Positions 24,256 through 34,640 of a stretch of 64,000 nucleotides of DNA are shown piece after piece. Both the position numbers and the translations under genes were made by a program. The notes under the pieces are model-generated. The model searched no databases and was not told where the DNA came from. It saw only the letters and a program-made list of their open reading frames with translations. Position 1 is the first letter of the stretch. The number at the start of each line of letters is the position of its first letter. The DNA lies in the NCBI GenBank assembly GCA_963749495.1, contig CAVVMW010000004.1, positions 32,001 through 96,000 on the forward strand, written 5' to 3'. This stretch comes from an uncultured bacterium (GTDB lineage: Bacteria; Verrucomicrobiota; Verrucomicrobiia; Limisphaerales; UBA8199).

Positions 24256-24929
24256 CAACTGACCTCAAACCCGGTGACAACTGGAGGAGCGCCTGCGATG
24301 CCGAGCCAGGTGCGTGGATGCGCACCTGAACAGTTACTCGCAACGGAAGCCGGCTCGCTCCGCCACGAAGCAACGCGTCCTGGCTTCGAGGCGCTCAGGC
24401 CCAGGCCGGCTCGGTCAAGCCCAACTCGCGCACGAGTTCGGCGGCGGACCTCTGGGGCAGGGCGGCCAACATTTCCGCTGCTCAAGAAGTCCAGGTCCTC
24501 CGCAACAGTCTGGCCTCTTGAAAAAACATTGGCGCCTAGCCCACTCAATAAAACGGTCTTGGTGGGTAGGTGATCACCTACTGGCAACTCGCTGGATTGT
24601 CAACGATAGATAGGATGCGAGTAGTCAGGAAGGTGCCTGGATCGGCTGTAATCCGACAACGGGCCTGGACCAGGCGACTTTGCTGTACGACAACACCGCC
24701 ACGGCGATCGACTCCCGGGAGCCGGATCGGCCGTGTCCCTTGTCTCACCAGCTTCCTGTCAGCCTGACAGACCGGGAAGATAAGGCGTCGCTGAGTTTCA
24801 CGCCGGCCCTTCCCTTGCGGAAGGGCGGGTGTTCAACGCAAATCCGACTAATCTGGCCCTGGAGGCGGGTGGTCCCGTGCTGGCTCGCCAACAGATTGAA
24901 CATGAATTAGCCAAAGAAAGGTTCCTGCG

Positions 24930-27068
24930 ATGAAAACCGAACGATGCCAACACGGGTTGCGGCGGATCGAGAGCCGCGAGATTGCCGCCGCAACGATTCT
25001 GTTCGCGGCGCTCCTCGGCGCCCTCCCCGGCGCCCGGGCGCAAAACGGCGCCCCAGTCTATCAGGTGGTTCAATCAGGCGCCACCGCCAGCCAGGCGCTG
25101 AGCCTCTCGAGCAGCCTGGGCATTCCGATGGAGTCGCTTTCCTTGAGCAACGGCGAGGCCTTTTTCCTGAGCACGTCCGACTTCATGGCGGTGCCTGTCT
25201 TGCCGGTCACCGACTCCACGACTATCAGCAACCTGACGGCAGGAACCAAGAACGACTATCCCAGGATCCCGCTTCGGTTCGAGAAGATTGATTTCGACAC
25301 GCTGGGCAAAACGGAGGTGCTGGCCTCCAACACGGCTTTGAGCAAGCTCTCCGCGGCCTTCGACAGGTCGAATCTATTCCCGCAATTCGGGGCGCCCTTC
25401 ATCAGCCACGCCATGCTCAACGCCTATTACCGCAACCCGGACAATGTCGTGATCTCGAACAACGCCTTCCTGGATACGCAGGTGAAGTATCAATTTTCTA
25501 CTCCGGGCACCGTCGCCCCCGGCTACCCGATCATCGGGCCGGGGGCGCAGGTGCAGGTGGCCTACGGCCCGACCGGCCAGGTCACCCGCTTGCACTACGC
25601 CGCGCGCCGCTACGCGCAGGGGCCAACGGTGGCCATCATTCCTCCCAGCCTCGCCAGCAGTCGTGTCGCCAACTTGTTCCCCGGCCTGAACGCCCAGATC
25701 ACGCCGCAACTAATCTATTATGCCCCTCCCCTTTCTTTGGGCACGGTGTCGAATCTCATCCCTTGGTACGCCTGCACCGGGACGGGCACGGTAACCAACC
25801 CCATCACCGGCGGGCTATCCACGGTCACCCTCACGGCGCCCTTGATTCCGGCCACCGATGATCCGACCTACGTTCCCTCGGTGCTTCTTTCGGCCAGTGT
25901 CGTGGGAGGCACGCAGATCGTGGCCAGCGTCCGGGTAAGCGGGGGTAGTGCCCCTTACACTTATTCGTGGAGCGGATCTTCGCCGACCATTTCGTCGAAC
26001 ACGGGCAGTCAGATCAGCTATACGTCCGAGGTGCGGATTCAGCCGCCGGCCATAGGCGTGACCCGGGCTTCTCCACAAACTGTGATGGTTTGGTGGATCG
26101 ATCCCTCGGCCGGATTCGGGCTCGAATCCAGCCGCAGCCTCGTGGGGTCTGACTGGGTCCCGGTCACAAATCCCGTGGAGACGCAAAACGGGGTAAGGAG
26201 CGTTCTGATCGGCCTGGATGTCGCCCAGCCCATGTTCTTTCGGTTGCGCTATGGCGGTCAGACCGTCGCGGAAACGGTAATGGTCATTGTAACAGACGCC
26301 AATGGAGTGCAGGCCCAGGCCAGCCAAACGTTGCAGGCCCAACCCCTGCTCCGGATGTCCGGGCCGGGCCTGACAGCGCAGGCCAGCCCGAAAGTTGTGG
26401 GCGTGGTCGATTGGGGCACGGAAAGCCCCTACGACCCCGGCCTGGGCGCTAACGATCGCCAGAGTTGGACTTCCGCAATGACTGTCTTTGGCGGCGGCGT
26501 GCAGCGATTCCTCTGGACAGGTAGTTTGTCCTGGAGGCAGGACTTCATCGAGGAGCCAGCCGGGATCGACAACGCCCAAGTGGATAACGCGGACATCACC
26601 CTCTACATCGGCCACGGCAACCCCGAGGTCATCACCTTCACGAGCACCGGCAACTTGTATTACACCGATGCCCCGCAGGCCTGGGGAGACCTCGATCAGG
26701 AATGGATGTGCTTCCTTTCCTGCGAGGTCCTGCAATTCTCCGATCCGGCCGGCAACGTCTGGGACCGCTGGGGCCCCAATTTCAATGGCCTGCACATCCT
26801 CACTGGTTTTAGTTCCCTGGCCTATGCCGGCACCGGATTCCCCGCAGGCTTTGCCCTCAATATGCTGGGTTTCGTGTTCTTGCCGCCCAATTCCATTGTC
26901 AATGCCTGGTTCAGCGCGGCCAACTCTTGTGGAACCGGCACGCCGGCTGCCATGGGGCCCATTGGCCCCGGCGGAGTCTGGGACTACGGCGACTATTATT
27001 GGGGCAAAGGCCCGGTGGGACCAACCATTCCTGCTTCGCAAATCCGGGGTTGGTGGTACCTCAATTAA
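24930..27068 (+). CDS. Secreted protein with C-terminal DUF6345-like domain
   Basis: Signal peptide ending ARA; DNADITLYIGHGN..WGD..EWMCFLSCEVL..FNGLHILTGF. Confidence 0.7.
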   Translation: MKTERCQHGLRRIESREIAAATILFAALLGALPGARAQNGAPVYQVVQSGATASQALSLSSSLGIPMESLSLSNGEAFFLSTSDFMAVPVLPVTDSTTISNLTAGTKNDYPRIPLRFEKIDFDTLGKTEVLASNTALSKLSAAFDRSNLFPQFGAPFISHAMLNAYYRNPDNVVISNNAFLDTQVKYQFSTPGTVAPGYPIIGPGAQVQVAYGPTGQVTRLHYAARRYAQGPTVAIIPPSLASSRVANLFPGLNAQITPQLIYYAPPLSLGTVSNLIPWYACTGTGTVTNPITGGLSTVTLTAPLIPATDDPTYVPSVLLSASVVGGTQIVASVRVSGGSAPYTYSWSGSSPTISSNTGSQISYTSEVRIQPPAIGVTRASPQTVMVWWIDPSAGFGLESSRSLVGSDWVPVTNPVETQNGVRSVLIGLDVAQPMFFRLRYGGQTVAETVMVIVTDANGVQAQASQTLQAQPLLRMSGPGLTAQASPKVVGVVDWGTESPYDPGLGANDRQSWTSAMTVFGGGVQRFLWTGSLSWRQDFIEEPAGIDNAQVDNADITLYIGHGNPEVITFTSTGNLYYTDAPQAWGDLDQEWMCFLSCEVLQFSDPAGNVWDRWGPNFNGLHILTGFSSLAYAGTGFPAGFALNMLGFVFLPPNSIVNAWFSAANSCGTGTPAAMGPIGPGGVWDYGDYYWGKGPVGPTIPASQIRGWWYLN

Positions 27069-27204
27069 GGATGGTGGTGCAGGGGTTTTGTTGGGGGGGC
27101 TGGAAAAGGGGGTCTTGCACGTTGTGTGGATTCCTCCTTTTGAGCTGTGAGCAGCCAATTCGGCGGCGTCGGCGACGGGCTGCCGCAGTTCCAGGACATG
27201 GTTG

Positions 27205-27312
27205 CCGCCGTAAGATGTCGAGGTTGTCGCCGTAATAAAGCGTGCCCATCTGCGCGAGTGCAGCCGGGTTGCTGCCGGGAATCAATGACTCGGTGCAGCT
27301 CCCCAAATTCCC
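27205..27312 (-). pseudogene. Duplicated 5' fragment (promoter plus MGTLYYGDNLDILRR) of the methyltransferase gene
   Basis: 108-bp near-identical copy of 23849-23956. Confidence 0.85.
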
Positions 27313-27556
27313 GGGCGCATCCCGACACCGCCCCCACCGGCAGCGGCGAGGCGGGAGTCCGCGCCTCCTTGGGCGGGCTCCGGGGGCAGTGTCGGGACGC
27401 GCCCCAGGGCCGAAGGCCCGCCATGTGATAGCCCGGGCTGAGCTTGCGAGCGGAGGCCCAGGTTGCGGGCACATAAATCTCTGCGCCCTGTAAGAATTCC
27501 CGGAACGAATTCGCGCTTTGCGCCCCTGAACCTCGACACTGCGTTCCCGTCCCGCG

Positions 27557-27645
27557 AAGCGTTTTGGACTGCGGCAGTCCTCTGCCGCTTTTGTGTCCCC
27601 TCGCTGCCGGCGCGAAAGCGGCAGAGGACTGCCGCAGTCCAAAAC
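27557..27645. repeat. REP-like inverted repeat (TTTTGGACTGCGGCAGTCCTCTGCCGCTTT..AAAGCGGCAGAGGACTGCCGCAGTCCAAAA)
   Basis: Near-perfect ~30-bp inverted arms. Confidence 0.8.
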
Positions 27646-27830
27646 CTTCGGACTTGGGGTCGGTTCATGGGGAGGGCGCGACAACGCCTGGATCCCTGCC
27701 CAAAACGTCCCGGCCTTAGCAGGCCGGGGAGGTTTTCGCTGGGCTTGGCTTTTACTCAGGCCTCCGCTCCGCGTCGGCCTGGGCTATCACATCAAAGTTC
27801 TACAGAGGGGGAGCAGGCACGGTCCGGCGG

Positions 27831-29669
27831 CTAATCGGCGGTCAGCACTTCGTAGCTCACAAAGGCCACGGACTTGCTGTCCGGCGACCAGGACGGGACG
27901 TTGATGGTGCCTTGGCCGCCAAAGAGGCGGGCCAGGTCCTGGATGGGTCCGCCTGCGGCCGGCATCAGCCGCAGCCGGATCGGCTGATTGGCGGGATGCC
28001 CTGCCACTCCCTTCTCGTAGGTGAGAAACACCAGCCATTTGCCGTCAGGCGAAGGGTGGGCAAACCAATTGTTGAACGGGTCCGAGGTCACGGCCTCCTG
28101 GCCGCTGCCGTCGGGCTGCATCCGCCAGATCTGCATCGAGCCGGAGCGCTCGGAATTGAAGTAGATGAACTTCCCATCCGGCGTGAATTCGGGGCCGTCA
28201 TCCAGGCCCTTGGCGGTCGTCAGGCGCCGCTCCTGGCCGCCCTCGACGGAGATGGCATAGACGTCGAACTCTCCGTCACGCTCGCCGCAATACGTGAGGG
28301 TCGAGCCGTCGGGCGACCAGCCATGCCAGTAGGACGGCCCGAGGGCTGTCACCAGGCGGGGCACGCCGCCGGCGGCGGGCAGGACGTAGATCAGCGACTT
28401 GCCGCCGCGCGATTGGTCGCTGACAGCGAGGCGCAGGCCGTCCGGGGAGAGGCCATGATCGTTGTTGCAGCGCGTGGCGAATCCCGTGTCAATCGGCTCC
28501 GGCGTGCCGCCGGTCACCGCCAGCCGGTAGATGCGGCCGCGCGAGTTGAACAGGAAGTGCCGCCCGTCGCCCGTCCAGTTCGGGGCCTCGATGAGATCGA
28601 GCGTGTGATAAATGGCCCGGCGGTCCTTGGAGGCAATATTGACTGTCTCCAGAGTGCAATGGAGGGTGGGTTTGCCCGGTGCCGGCGCCGCGCCTGGCGC
28701 GCGCAGCTCGGAGCCCGTCCTGAGGGCGACGCGGCTGAACCGGGCGCTCTCGAGGACCCGGTTATCGTGGGCGCACACGGCCAGCCCGGCGTAGAGCGGG
28801 CCGGCCAGCTTGAGGCGGATGAAGGCGCCGGCGGGCTGCGCGCCGGCAGGCGTGTCGGGTGAACCTTGGCCAGCGGGCGGGTCTGCCGGCGGGGCCGTCA
28901 GGAAGAAGACTTCGCCTTGCCTTCGGAGCCCCACCTCTACCGGGAACGCGGCCGAGCCAGCGGCGGCGGTCGAGGCCCCTCCGGTGCTCGCGCCCAGGAG
29001 CGGGTTGGCCTGGATCTCGCGCGTCATCCCGCCCGGCGCGTCGCGGTATTGGAGCGAGACCAACCCGTCTCCATGGACGGCGACGTCCACATAAGGCGAA
29101 TCGGCCTCCAGCCCCTGGCGAAACATGAGGCAGGCCTTGCGATGGGCGTTGCCGCCGGTGCCGGGCCACTCGATGGCGGCGCTCAGCGCGCAATCCCCGT
29201 CAATCTGCGTCCAGACAAAGTGAAAGGCGTCGTTGGTGAACCACATGTTCTCCCCGCCCCCGCGCACAACGCAAGAGCGTCCTGCGGGGTCAAACAAGGC
29301 CGAGCCGGCTTTGCCGGCGCTGCCGATGTCCTGCTCCCGCTCGAAGATGCCCAGTTCGCCGGCGCAAACGCCGGCCCCGGCCGCGACCAAACCGCACAGG
29401 ACCAGCGCCAGCCGCGCCCGGAGCGCCGGGGCCGTTGACAAAGTTGTAGCGCAGGTTTCCAAACCTGCCGTATCGCCGATTTCCAAATCGGCAGGGCGTC
29501 GGCATATCGAGCGCGCCCAGCTTGCGGACGGCCTGCGGGTTTGGAAATCCGCGACACGGCAGACTTGGAAGTCTGCGCTACGCTGGCGCCCCTGGCGCAC
29601 CGGCGCACGGAGCGACTTTGTCAATGGCCGCGCCCGGAGCGCTGCACGGCAAGGAAAACCAGTTGTCAT
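27831..29669 (-). CDS. TolB-like (PD40 repeat) secreted protein with an in-frame repeat insertion in its signal peptide
   Basis: [47 protein letters not shown]. Confidence 0.85.
   Translation of the reverse strand: MTTGFPCRAALRARPLTKSLRAPVRQGRQRSADFQVCRVADFQTRRPSASWARSICRRPADLEIGDTAGLETCATTLSTAPALRARLALVLCGLVAAGAGVCAGELGIFEREQDIGSAGKAGSALFDPAGRSCVVRGGGENMWFTNDAFHFVWTQIDGDCALSAAIEWPGTGGNAHRKACLMFRQGLEADSPYVDVAVHGDGLVSLQYRDAPGGMTREIQANPLLGASTGGASTAAAGSAAFPVEVGLRRQGEVFFLTAPPADPPAGQGSPDTPAGAQPAGAFIRLKLAGPLYAGLAVCAHDNRVLESARFSRVALRTGSELRAPGAAPAPGKPTLHCTLETVNIASKDRRAIYHTLDLIEAPNWTGDGRHFLFNSRGRIYRLAVTGGTPEPIDTGFATRCNNDHGLSPDGLRLAVSDQSRGGKSLIYVLPAAGGVPRLVTALGPSYWHGWSPDGSTLTYCGERDGEFDVYAISVEGGQERRLTTAKGLDDGPEFTPDGKFIYFNSERSGSMQIWRMQPDGSGQEAVTSDPFNNWFAHPSPDGKWLVFLTYEKGVAGHPANQPIRLRLMPAAGGPIQDLARLFGGQGTINVPSWSPDSKSVAFVSYEVLTAD
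29428..29629. mobile_element. ~200-bp palindromic MITE (GGCCGTTGACA..TGTCAATGGCC family), copy 1
   Basis: Terminal inverted repeats; internal GCGCAGGTTTCCAAACCTGC hairpins; GCCGCGCCCGGAGCGC duplicated at 29411 and 29627. Confidence 0.8.
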
Positions 29670-30120
29670 GGCCTCATTCAAGCACACCGCCGGCTGCGGG
29701 GCAAACCTGTTGTGCCAGGGGTGTTGGAACGTTGGCCTATTCTCACAATGTCCCCTCGGGACAAAGACGTCCCAGGGCGGCCAAGGGCCTCAAGCCATCC
29801 TAATCGTGACTACTTTGAAGTGAAGTGAAGGGGTCGCTCCCGAGTGAAGTCAGTCCCGGAATCCCGATCTGCGTTTGATCGCAAAGTCCTTCCGCCGCGA
29901 TTCTTTCGCCGCGCGCTTCCAGTTTCCAGTTTCCCGGGACCCCTTTTCGGATACTCAACTCGCAGTTGGCCCGGCATGTTGACCACCCTGCCAACCGCTC
30001 CAGCGGCTGTCAATGGAAAGTTATGGCTGACCCCTTTCCCGAAGAAATGGCGCGACCTGACTTGTCCCGCCGTAGCTCCAGCGAAGGCGGATCCTACGCG
30101 TGTGGCACGTTGACGCGTTG

Positions 30121-30637
30121 CGCTGCCCCATCTGCCAGAGCCCCGTGCGCGATCGCGGTGATCGATGACCCGCGCGTGGTGGAGAAGATCCTGCGGCACC
30201 TCGGCGCCTGACAGGACCCGCCTGCCTGCGCCGAGGCTACGGCAGGCAGGCCTGCCGGCTTGTCCCCGCCGGGCGCCGCAGGGCCTTACACCTACGAACC
30301 CTGTGACGACGTGGACCCCACCCCGGATTACGAGAACGTGCTGACAGATTGAGCGCCGCTGGCTTAAGGCCCTCGGGACCGAACAACTTTGCCCGGCGAC
30401 GGCCCCTCGACGCCCAGGCCGGGGGTAACCAAGCCCATTTCTGCGCAGGTTCCTGCCCTGGCTGCCGCTTCCGACCCCGCCGCCGCCAAAACCGCCCAGG
30501 AACCGGCAGAATGTGCCGGTTGACGGGCGCGTGCCGCTCCTGCATCATCCCCCCGTGATGAACGCGGCCAGAAACCAATTCTCCCCCACCCGCGTAGAGT
30601 CAAAACCGGCGGCACGGCGACGAAGCAAATTCCTATC
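30121..30637 (+). mobile_element. Remnant of an IS91/ISCR-like (Y2) transposase C-terminus with an oriIS-like end
   Basis: CPICQSP/IAVIDDPRVVEKILRHLG broken by a frameshift and a stop; ends GCAAATTCCTATC. Confidence 0.6.
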
Positions 30638-31469
30638 AGTTCAAGCTTACTGGAACCTGATTCGTGGTGCGAAAAAATGGTTGGCCTTTACTCTTTGCCT
30701 TTTCTGCTTCGGATTCGCTGGAGCAGTAGTGCTTGGCATTGCAAAACCGGCCCTGATTGAACAACTGGTGGAGCACCTTCATGGAAATCCTGAGACGGGA
30801 TTTCCGGCCTTCGTCCTCTACCTTATGAATAACTTGACGGCCCTGCTTATCATCTGGTGCGGAGGCTTCGTCCCTGCTATTGCCCCCCTGTTGCACATCC
30901 TTGGAACGGGATTTATCCTTGGCAGCTTGCTCGTGGACAGAGGAGTTCTCTACTCGTTTCTCTCCATTTTTCCGCACGGCATCGTCGAGATCCCCGCTTA
31001 CCTCCTGGGGAACGCCTTTTCGTTGAGACTCGGCTTGAGGTGGATTTTCCAGAAGACTGCAGGCGAGCGCAAGCGGACCTTTGTTACAGATTTACAGAAC
31101 AGCCTTAAGATCGGTCTTTTGTGCATGTTCCTGATCTTTATAGCGGCTATGATTGAGACTTTTGCAACACCCAAAATCCTGGCGGCTTACGAGAAGGAGC
31201 ATTTCGCCGGTATCGGCGTTCAGCTCGCAATCCAGGAGCACCAGCTTACGATTACTCATGTCATCCCCGACAGACCAGCCTCGAAAGCCGGGCTCGTTTC
31301 CGGCCTAGTCATCCACAAAATTGATGGCGTCGAGACTGCCGGCAAGGACATCCGGCGATGCCGTGAAATGCTCCATGACCGGGTTGGCACGACGGTCAGA
31401 CTTGAGCTGATCGACACTGCACGAAACCAGACAAACAGCATCGAATTGGTGCGGGAGCTCAAGCCGTGA
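30638..31469 (+). CDS. SpoIIM/DUF95-like membrane protein with C-terminal PDZ domain, 5' end abutting the IS end
   Basis: LMNN, PHGIVEIPA, AAMIETF; GIGV..PASKAGL..IHKIDG PDZ domain; AT-richer than flanks. Confidence 0.7.
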
Positions 31470-31565
31470 CCAGCCCAAGCGCCTCGACGGGGCCGGCAAA
31501 AGGGCTCACCCGCGCAGCCTCAAAACCGGCGGCGCGGCGAAAAAGCAGATTCTATCGGTTATTAC

Positions 31566-33152
31566 CTAATAGGAAAGGCCCGTGTTCGCCTCAGTTTTCG
31601 TGCCCGGCCTTATGCCGCGGCTCTGGAAACCGAAGCCCTGCAGATACCAGGCGTCGCCGACGCGCCGGAGCGTCAGCGAGCCTGCGGCCGGCTTGTCCAC
31701 CGCCTGGCTGTCGTCTGGCCACGCAGGTTTGAAGCGGACCGTTGCCTCGTCATCACGCCACGGATCTGGCTTCCACGACTGGAGGGTCACATCATGCACG
31801 CCTTCCATCATCTCGGCGGCGGGGTCGTTGAGCCGGCTGGCCTGACGCTCGTCCGAAAGCGGCGGTGCATTCGTATCGACAAAGCGGATGCGGTCAAAGG
31901 CTTGTTTGTCCCGGTTCAGGACCGCCCATAAGACGGTCTGGGCGGCTGATTCTACTGAGTCGTTGCCCATGTCCTGGAGCTGCCCCACCTCGAAGGTCCT
32001 GTTGATCGGCCTGGACGGGGTCCTGGATTCCGCCGCCGTATGTTGGACGGCTTCTTGGACGACTGTCGCGGGGACAGTCCCGTTTGAATCACCAGGATGC
32101 CCGCCTATAATGGCGGTTCGCAGGAAGTCCGAATTGAGCTCGCGGAGTTCCTGGTCTTTCTGGCGCAGGACGCCGACCTCGCCCCGCAGTCGCAGCAACT
32201 CCGACTGCTGGCCGCGCAGCCTCGCCAGTTCTTCGCCATCCACGTTCGGCTTCGCCAGTCGCTGGTTCTCCGTCAGCTTCGCCAGTCGCTGGTTCTCCGC
32301 TCGCACGCGGTCGAGCTCGCCCGTTTGCTCGGCCAGTTGGCGTTGGAGCGCCGCCCGTTGGGCCCGCTCCCTGGCATTGGCCTCATGTTGAATCACCACG
32401 GGCGTCACCACACTGGCAACGACAATGGCCCCGACAATCGCAACCTGGAGTTTCGTCATACTCGTCAATTTCAAAATGGCAACGATGGTCCCCGTTCCCG
32501 CGGCCCCGCCGCTGAGCGCGGTCGCCGCAAGCGAGGCGGCCAGGCCAGCCGGGGCGGCTGTAACCGAATGCGCCGAGATAGCGGAAGCTATGAGGACAGA
32601 AGAGGCGGTGATGCCACGGGCGACAAAAATGCTCTTGAGCCGTTCCACGCCACGCATGACCCGCTTCTGCGCGGCCGCCTCGCTCAGCCCCATGATGCGC
32701 CCAATCTCCTGCATTGAACGCCGCTCGAAGAAGCGTAGCAGCACTACATCGCGGTCCACGGCCTTCAGTTGTCCAAGGGCCTCGTCCAGATGAGGCGCAA
32801 TTCGCTCCCAGACCGGCTCAATTTCCGAAAAGGCGTTTTCGTTCATGGCTGCGGCTTCCTGTTCACGGGCGCGCCGGCGCACCTCCGCTCGCACGGTCTT
32901 GGCCGCAAGGTTTTGAGCCGTGCGGTGCAGCCAACCCGAGAGCACCGCCCGCCGGGAGAGTGGACGCGCATTTTGGCTCAAAGCGACAAACACGGCTTGG
33001 GTGACCTCCTGGGCCAGGTCCAGGTTCCCGACCATGCGAAGGGCGGCCGAATGGACAAAATCAGCGTATCGCCGCACCAGTTCCGCAAACGCCTCTTCCG
33101 AGCCCCGCTCGGCATAATCGCACAACAGTTCCTGGTCACGCTTGCTATTCAC
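31566..33152 (-). CDS. ECF sigma-70 factor with long C-terminal extension
   Basis: DQELL..EEAFAELVRRY, LAQEVTQAVF, DRDVVLLRFFE; TM segment and coiled coil. Confidence 0.9.
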   Translation of the reverse strand: MNSKRDQELLCDYAERGSEEAFAELVRRYADFVHSAALRMVGNLDLAQEVTQAVFVALSQNARPLSRRAVLSGWLHRTAQNLAAKTVRAEVRRRAREQEAAAMNENAFSEIEPVWERIAPHLDEALGQLKAVDRDVVLLRFFERRSMQEIGRIMGLSEAAAQKRVMRGVERLKSIFVARGITASSVLIASAISAHSVTAAPAGLAASLAATALSGGAAGTGTIVAILKLTSMTKLQVAIVGAIVVASVVTPVVIQHEANARERAQRAALQRQLAEQTGELDRVRAENQRLAKLTENQRLAKPNVDGEELARLRGQQSELLRLRGEVGVLRQKDQELRELNSDFLRTAIIGGHPGDSNGTVPATVVQEAVQHTAAESRTPSRPINRTFEVGQLQDMGNDSVESAAQTVLWAVLNRDKQAFDRIRFVDTNAPPLSDERQASRLNDPAAEMMEGVHDVTLQSWKPDPWRDDEATVRFKPAWPDDSQAVDKPAAGSLTLRRVGDAWYLQGFGFQSRGIRPGTKTEANTGLSY

Positions 33153-33463
33153 GGCTACAGAATATTACCCGCAACCGCCAAAAACAGACAACCAAAGAGC
33201 GTTTTCCACCGTTTCCAGGCAGGCTAAATGAGCCCCTGTCTTGGACAGCTTGGCTCTCCGTAGGCAAGAGGCTCGCCTTTCGGCCAAGCACGGCCCGCGC
33301 TACGTCACCCTGGGCATGCGCTGGGACACCGAGAAGGGCGAGTTGGTCATCGAATTGGCGTGGAATTGGAATGGGGTCAGCCATAGCATGGTTCGCGCCG
33401 TCGTGGAACCACCCCAAGCTATGGGTTGGCCCCATAATCTGCCAACCAAGAAAATGAACCATG

Positions 33464-33769
33464 CTATGGGTTCGCCAGGAAAAACTTTGTTCTGACCCCG
33501 CTACGCTGCGCTACGCCCGCGAGCCTCATAGGTTCTGAATCCAGAGCCGGTAAAACGAACGGCTGGCGTTGTTGGTATGGTGCCGCCGGGCCCGGCCTCG
33601 CGAGATCCCGTGAGGCCCACTCCACAAATACCTTTTGCACCGAGTCGGCAAAGAGCGGCGAGTCCTCCGGCTCGTCGAACCCGACAGCCACGGCCCGATT
33701 GGGACCGGGCAGCCCGAAGAGGAGGAGCGACGCGAGCATTAGCAGACCCTTTACCGGTGAGGTCTTCAT
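33464..33769 (-). CDS. Possible truncated secreted protein
   Basis: AGGAAAG upstream of ATG and a signal-peptide-like start; no recognisable domain. Confidence 0.3.
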   Translation of the reverse strand: MKTSPVKGLLMLASLLLFGLPGPNRAVAVGFDEPEDSPLFADSVQKVFVEWASRDLARPGPAAPYQQRQPFVLPALDSEPMRLAGVAQRSGVRTKFFLANP

Positions 33770-33776
33770 GCTTTCC

Positions 33777-34214
33777 TTAGCCCGATCCGTCCAGCGGATG
33801 GCGCCAACGCAACCCCGGAAACCGGGCGAAACCGCGATCCGCAGTCAGCCACTCGCAGCCGGATTCGATCGCCAGAGCTGCGTGGTAGGCGTCCGGAACC
33901 GAGTTCCCCTTGGCCTCGGCTGTGCGGCACAACTCGGTGAAAATCCTCCAGTGGGAGGAGCCGGGTCTCACCAGGCGAACATTTGGGTGGCTCCGGAGGT
34001 CCTCGATATAACGCACTCCCGCCGCTACTGGGGTGGGCGGAACGAATACTTTCGGGTGGGTGATCACGCGCAGGCACCCGGCCAAGGCCAAGTCGGACAT
34101 GCCGCACGGCTCGAAGGAGTCCAACTGCCGCTCCAGCCAATCCCGATAGGCCGAGTGGTTGGGTGCGTCTTTGCGATGGGCATAGACCAGAAGGTTGACA
34201 TCCAGCAGGATCAT
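33777..34214 (-). CDS. vapC: VapC PIN-domain toxin
   Basis: MILLDVNLLVYAH, DAYHAALA, TADRGF. Confidence 0.9.
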   Translation of the reverse strand: MILLDVNLLVYAHRKDAPNHSAYRDWLERQLDSFEPCGMSDLALAGCLRVITHPKVFVPPTPVAAGVRYIEDLRSHPNVRLVRPGSSHWRIFTELCRTAEAKGNSVPDAYHAALAIESGCEWLTADRGFARFPGLRWRHPLDGSG

Positions 34215-34450
34215 CGACCCTCCATGAGATCGAGCAAAGCGGCATTCGAATCCAGGTCCACTCCTGGGGCTGGTCCCTTCCCACCGAATGTCACCAAGCG
34301 AGTTGGCTTTCTCCGGCCTTTATCGAGAGCAGGAAACAGCAGGGCTCGCAAGCCTTCCGACATCACCTCTCCGAGGGACAAGTTCCGGGCTTGAGCCAGC
34401 TTTTTGGCCTGTGCGAGCAACTCGTCGTTGATGTTAACCGTTGTTCTCAT
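34211..34450 (-). CDS. vapB: VapB antitoxin (RHH type)
   Basis: MRTTVNINDELL..AK; ATGA overlap with vapC. Confidence 0.85.
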   Translation of the reverse strand: MRTTVNINDELLAQAKKLAQARNLSLGEVMSEGLRALLFPALDKGRRKPTRLVTFGGKGPAPGVDLDSNAALLDLMEGR

Positions 34451-34457
34451 ACATCAA

Positions 34458-34486
34458 AGCATACAGAGGACGCATCACGATGTCAA
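34458..34486 (-). promoter_or_regulatory. Sigma70 promoter of vapBC, probably leaderless
   Basis: TTGACA-17 bp-TATGCT, 7 nt before ATG. Confidence 0.65.
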
Positions 34487-34640
34487 TCCTGTTCCTGTCA
34501 CATTTTGCCCGCACCTGTTATGTCTTGCTCCCAGGTTTTCCACTGGATACTTTTCAGGGCAATCCCGGCTAGGCAGCGGGACCGGTTTTGGGCTAGGATA
34601 CCCGCGCTGGTGAAGGTCCGTGCAGAAGCGAATCCTGGAT

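Noticed and set aside
32249..32299. 27-bp-period duplication (ENQRLAK twice) in the ECF extension
   Set aside because: A small in-frame slippage in a coiled coil, with no evidence of wider significance
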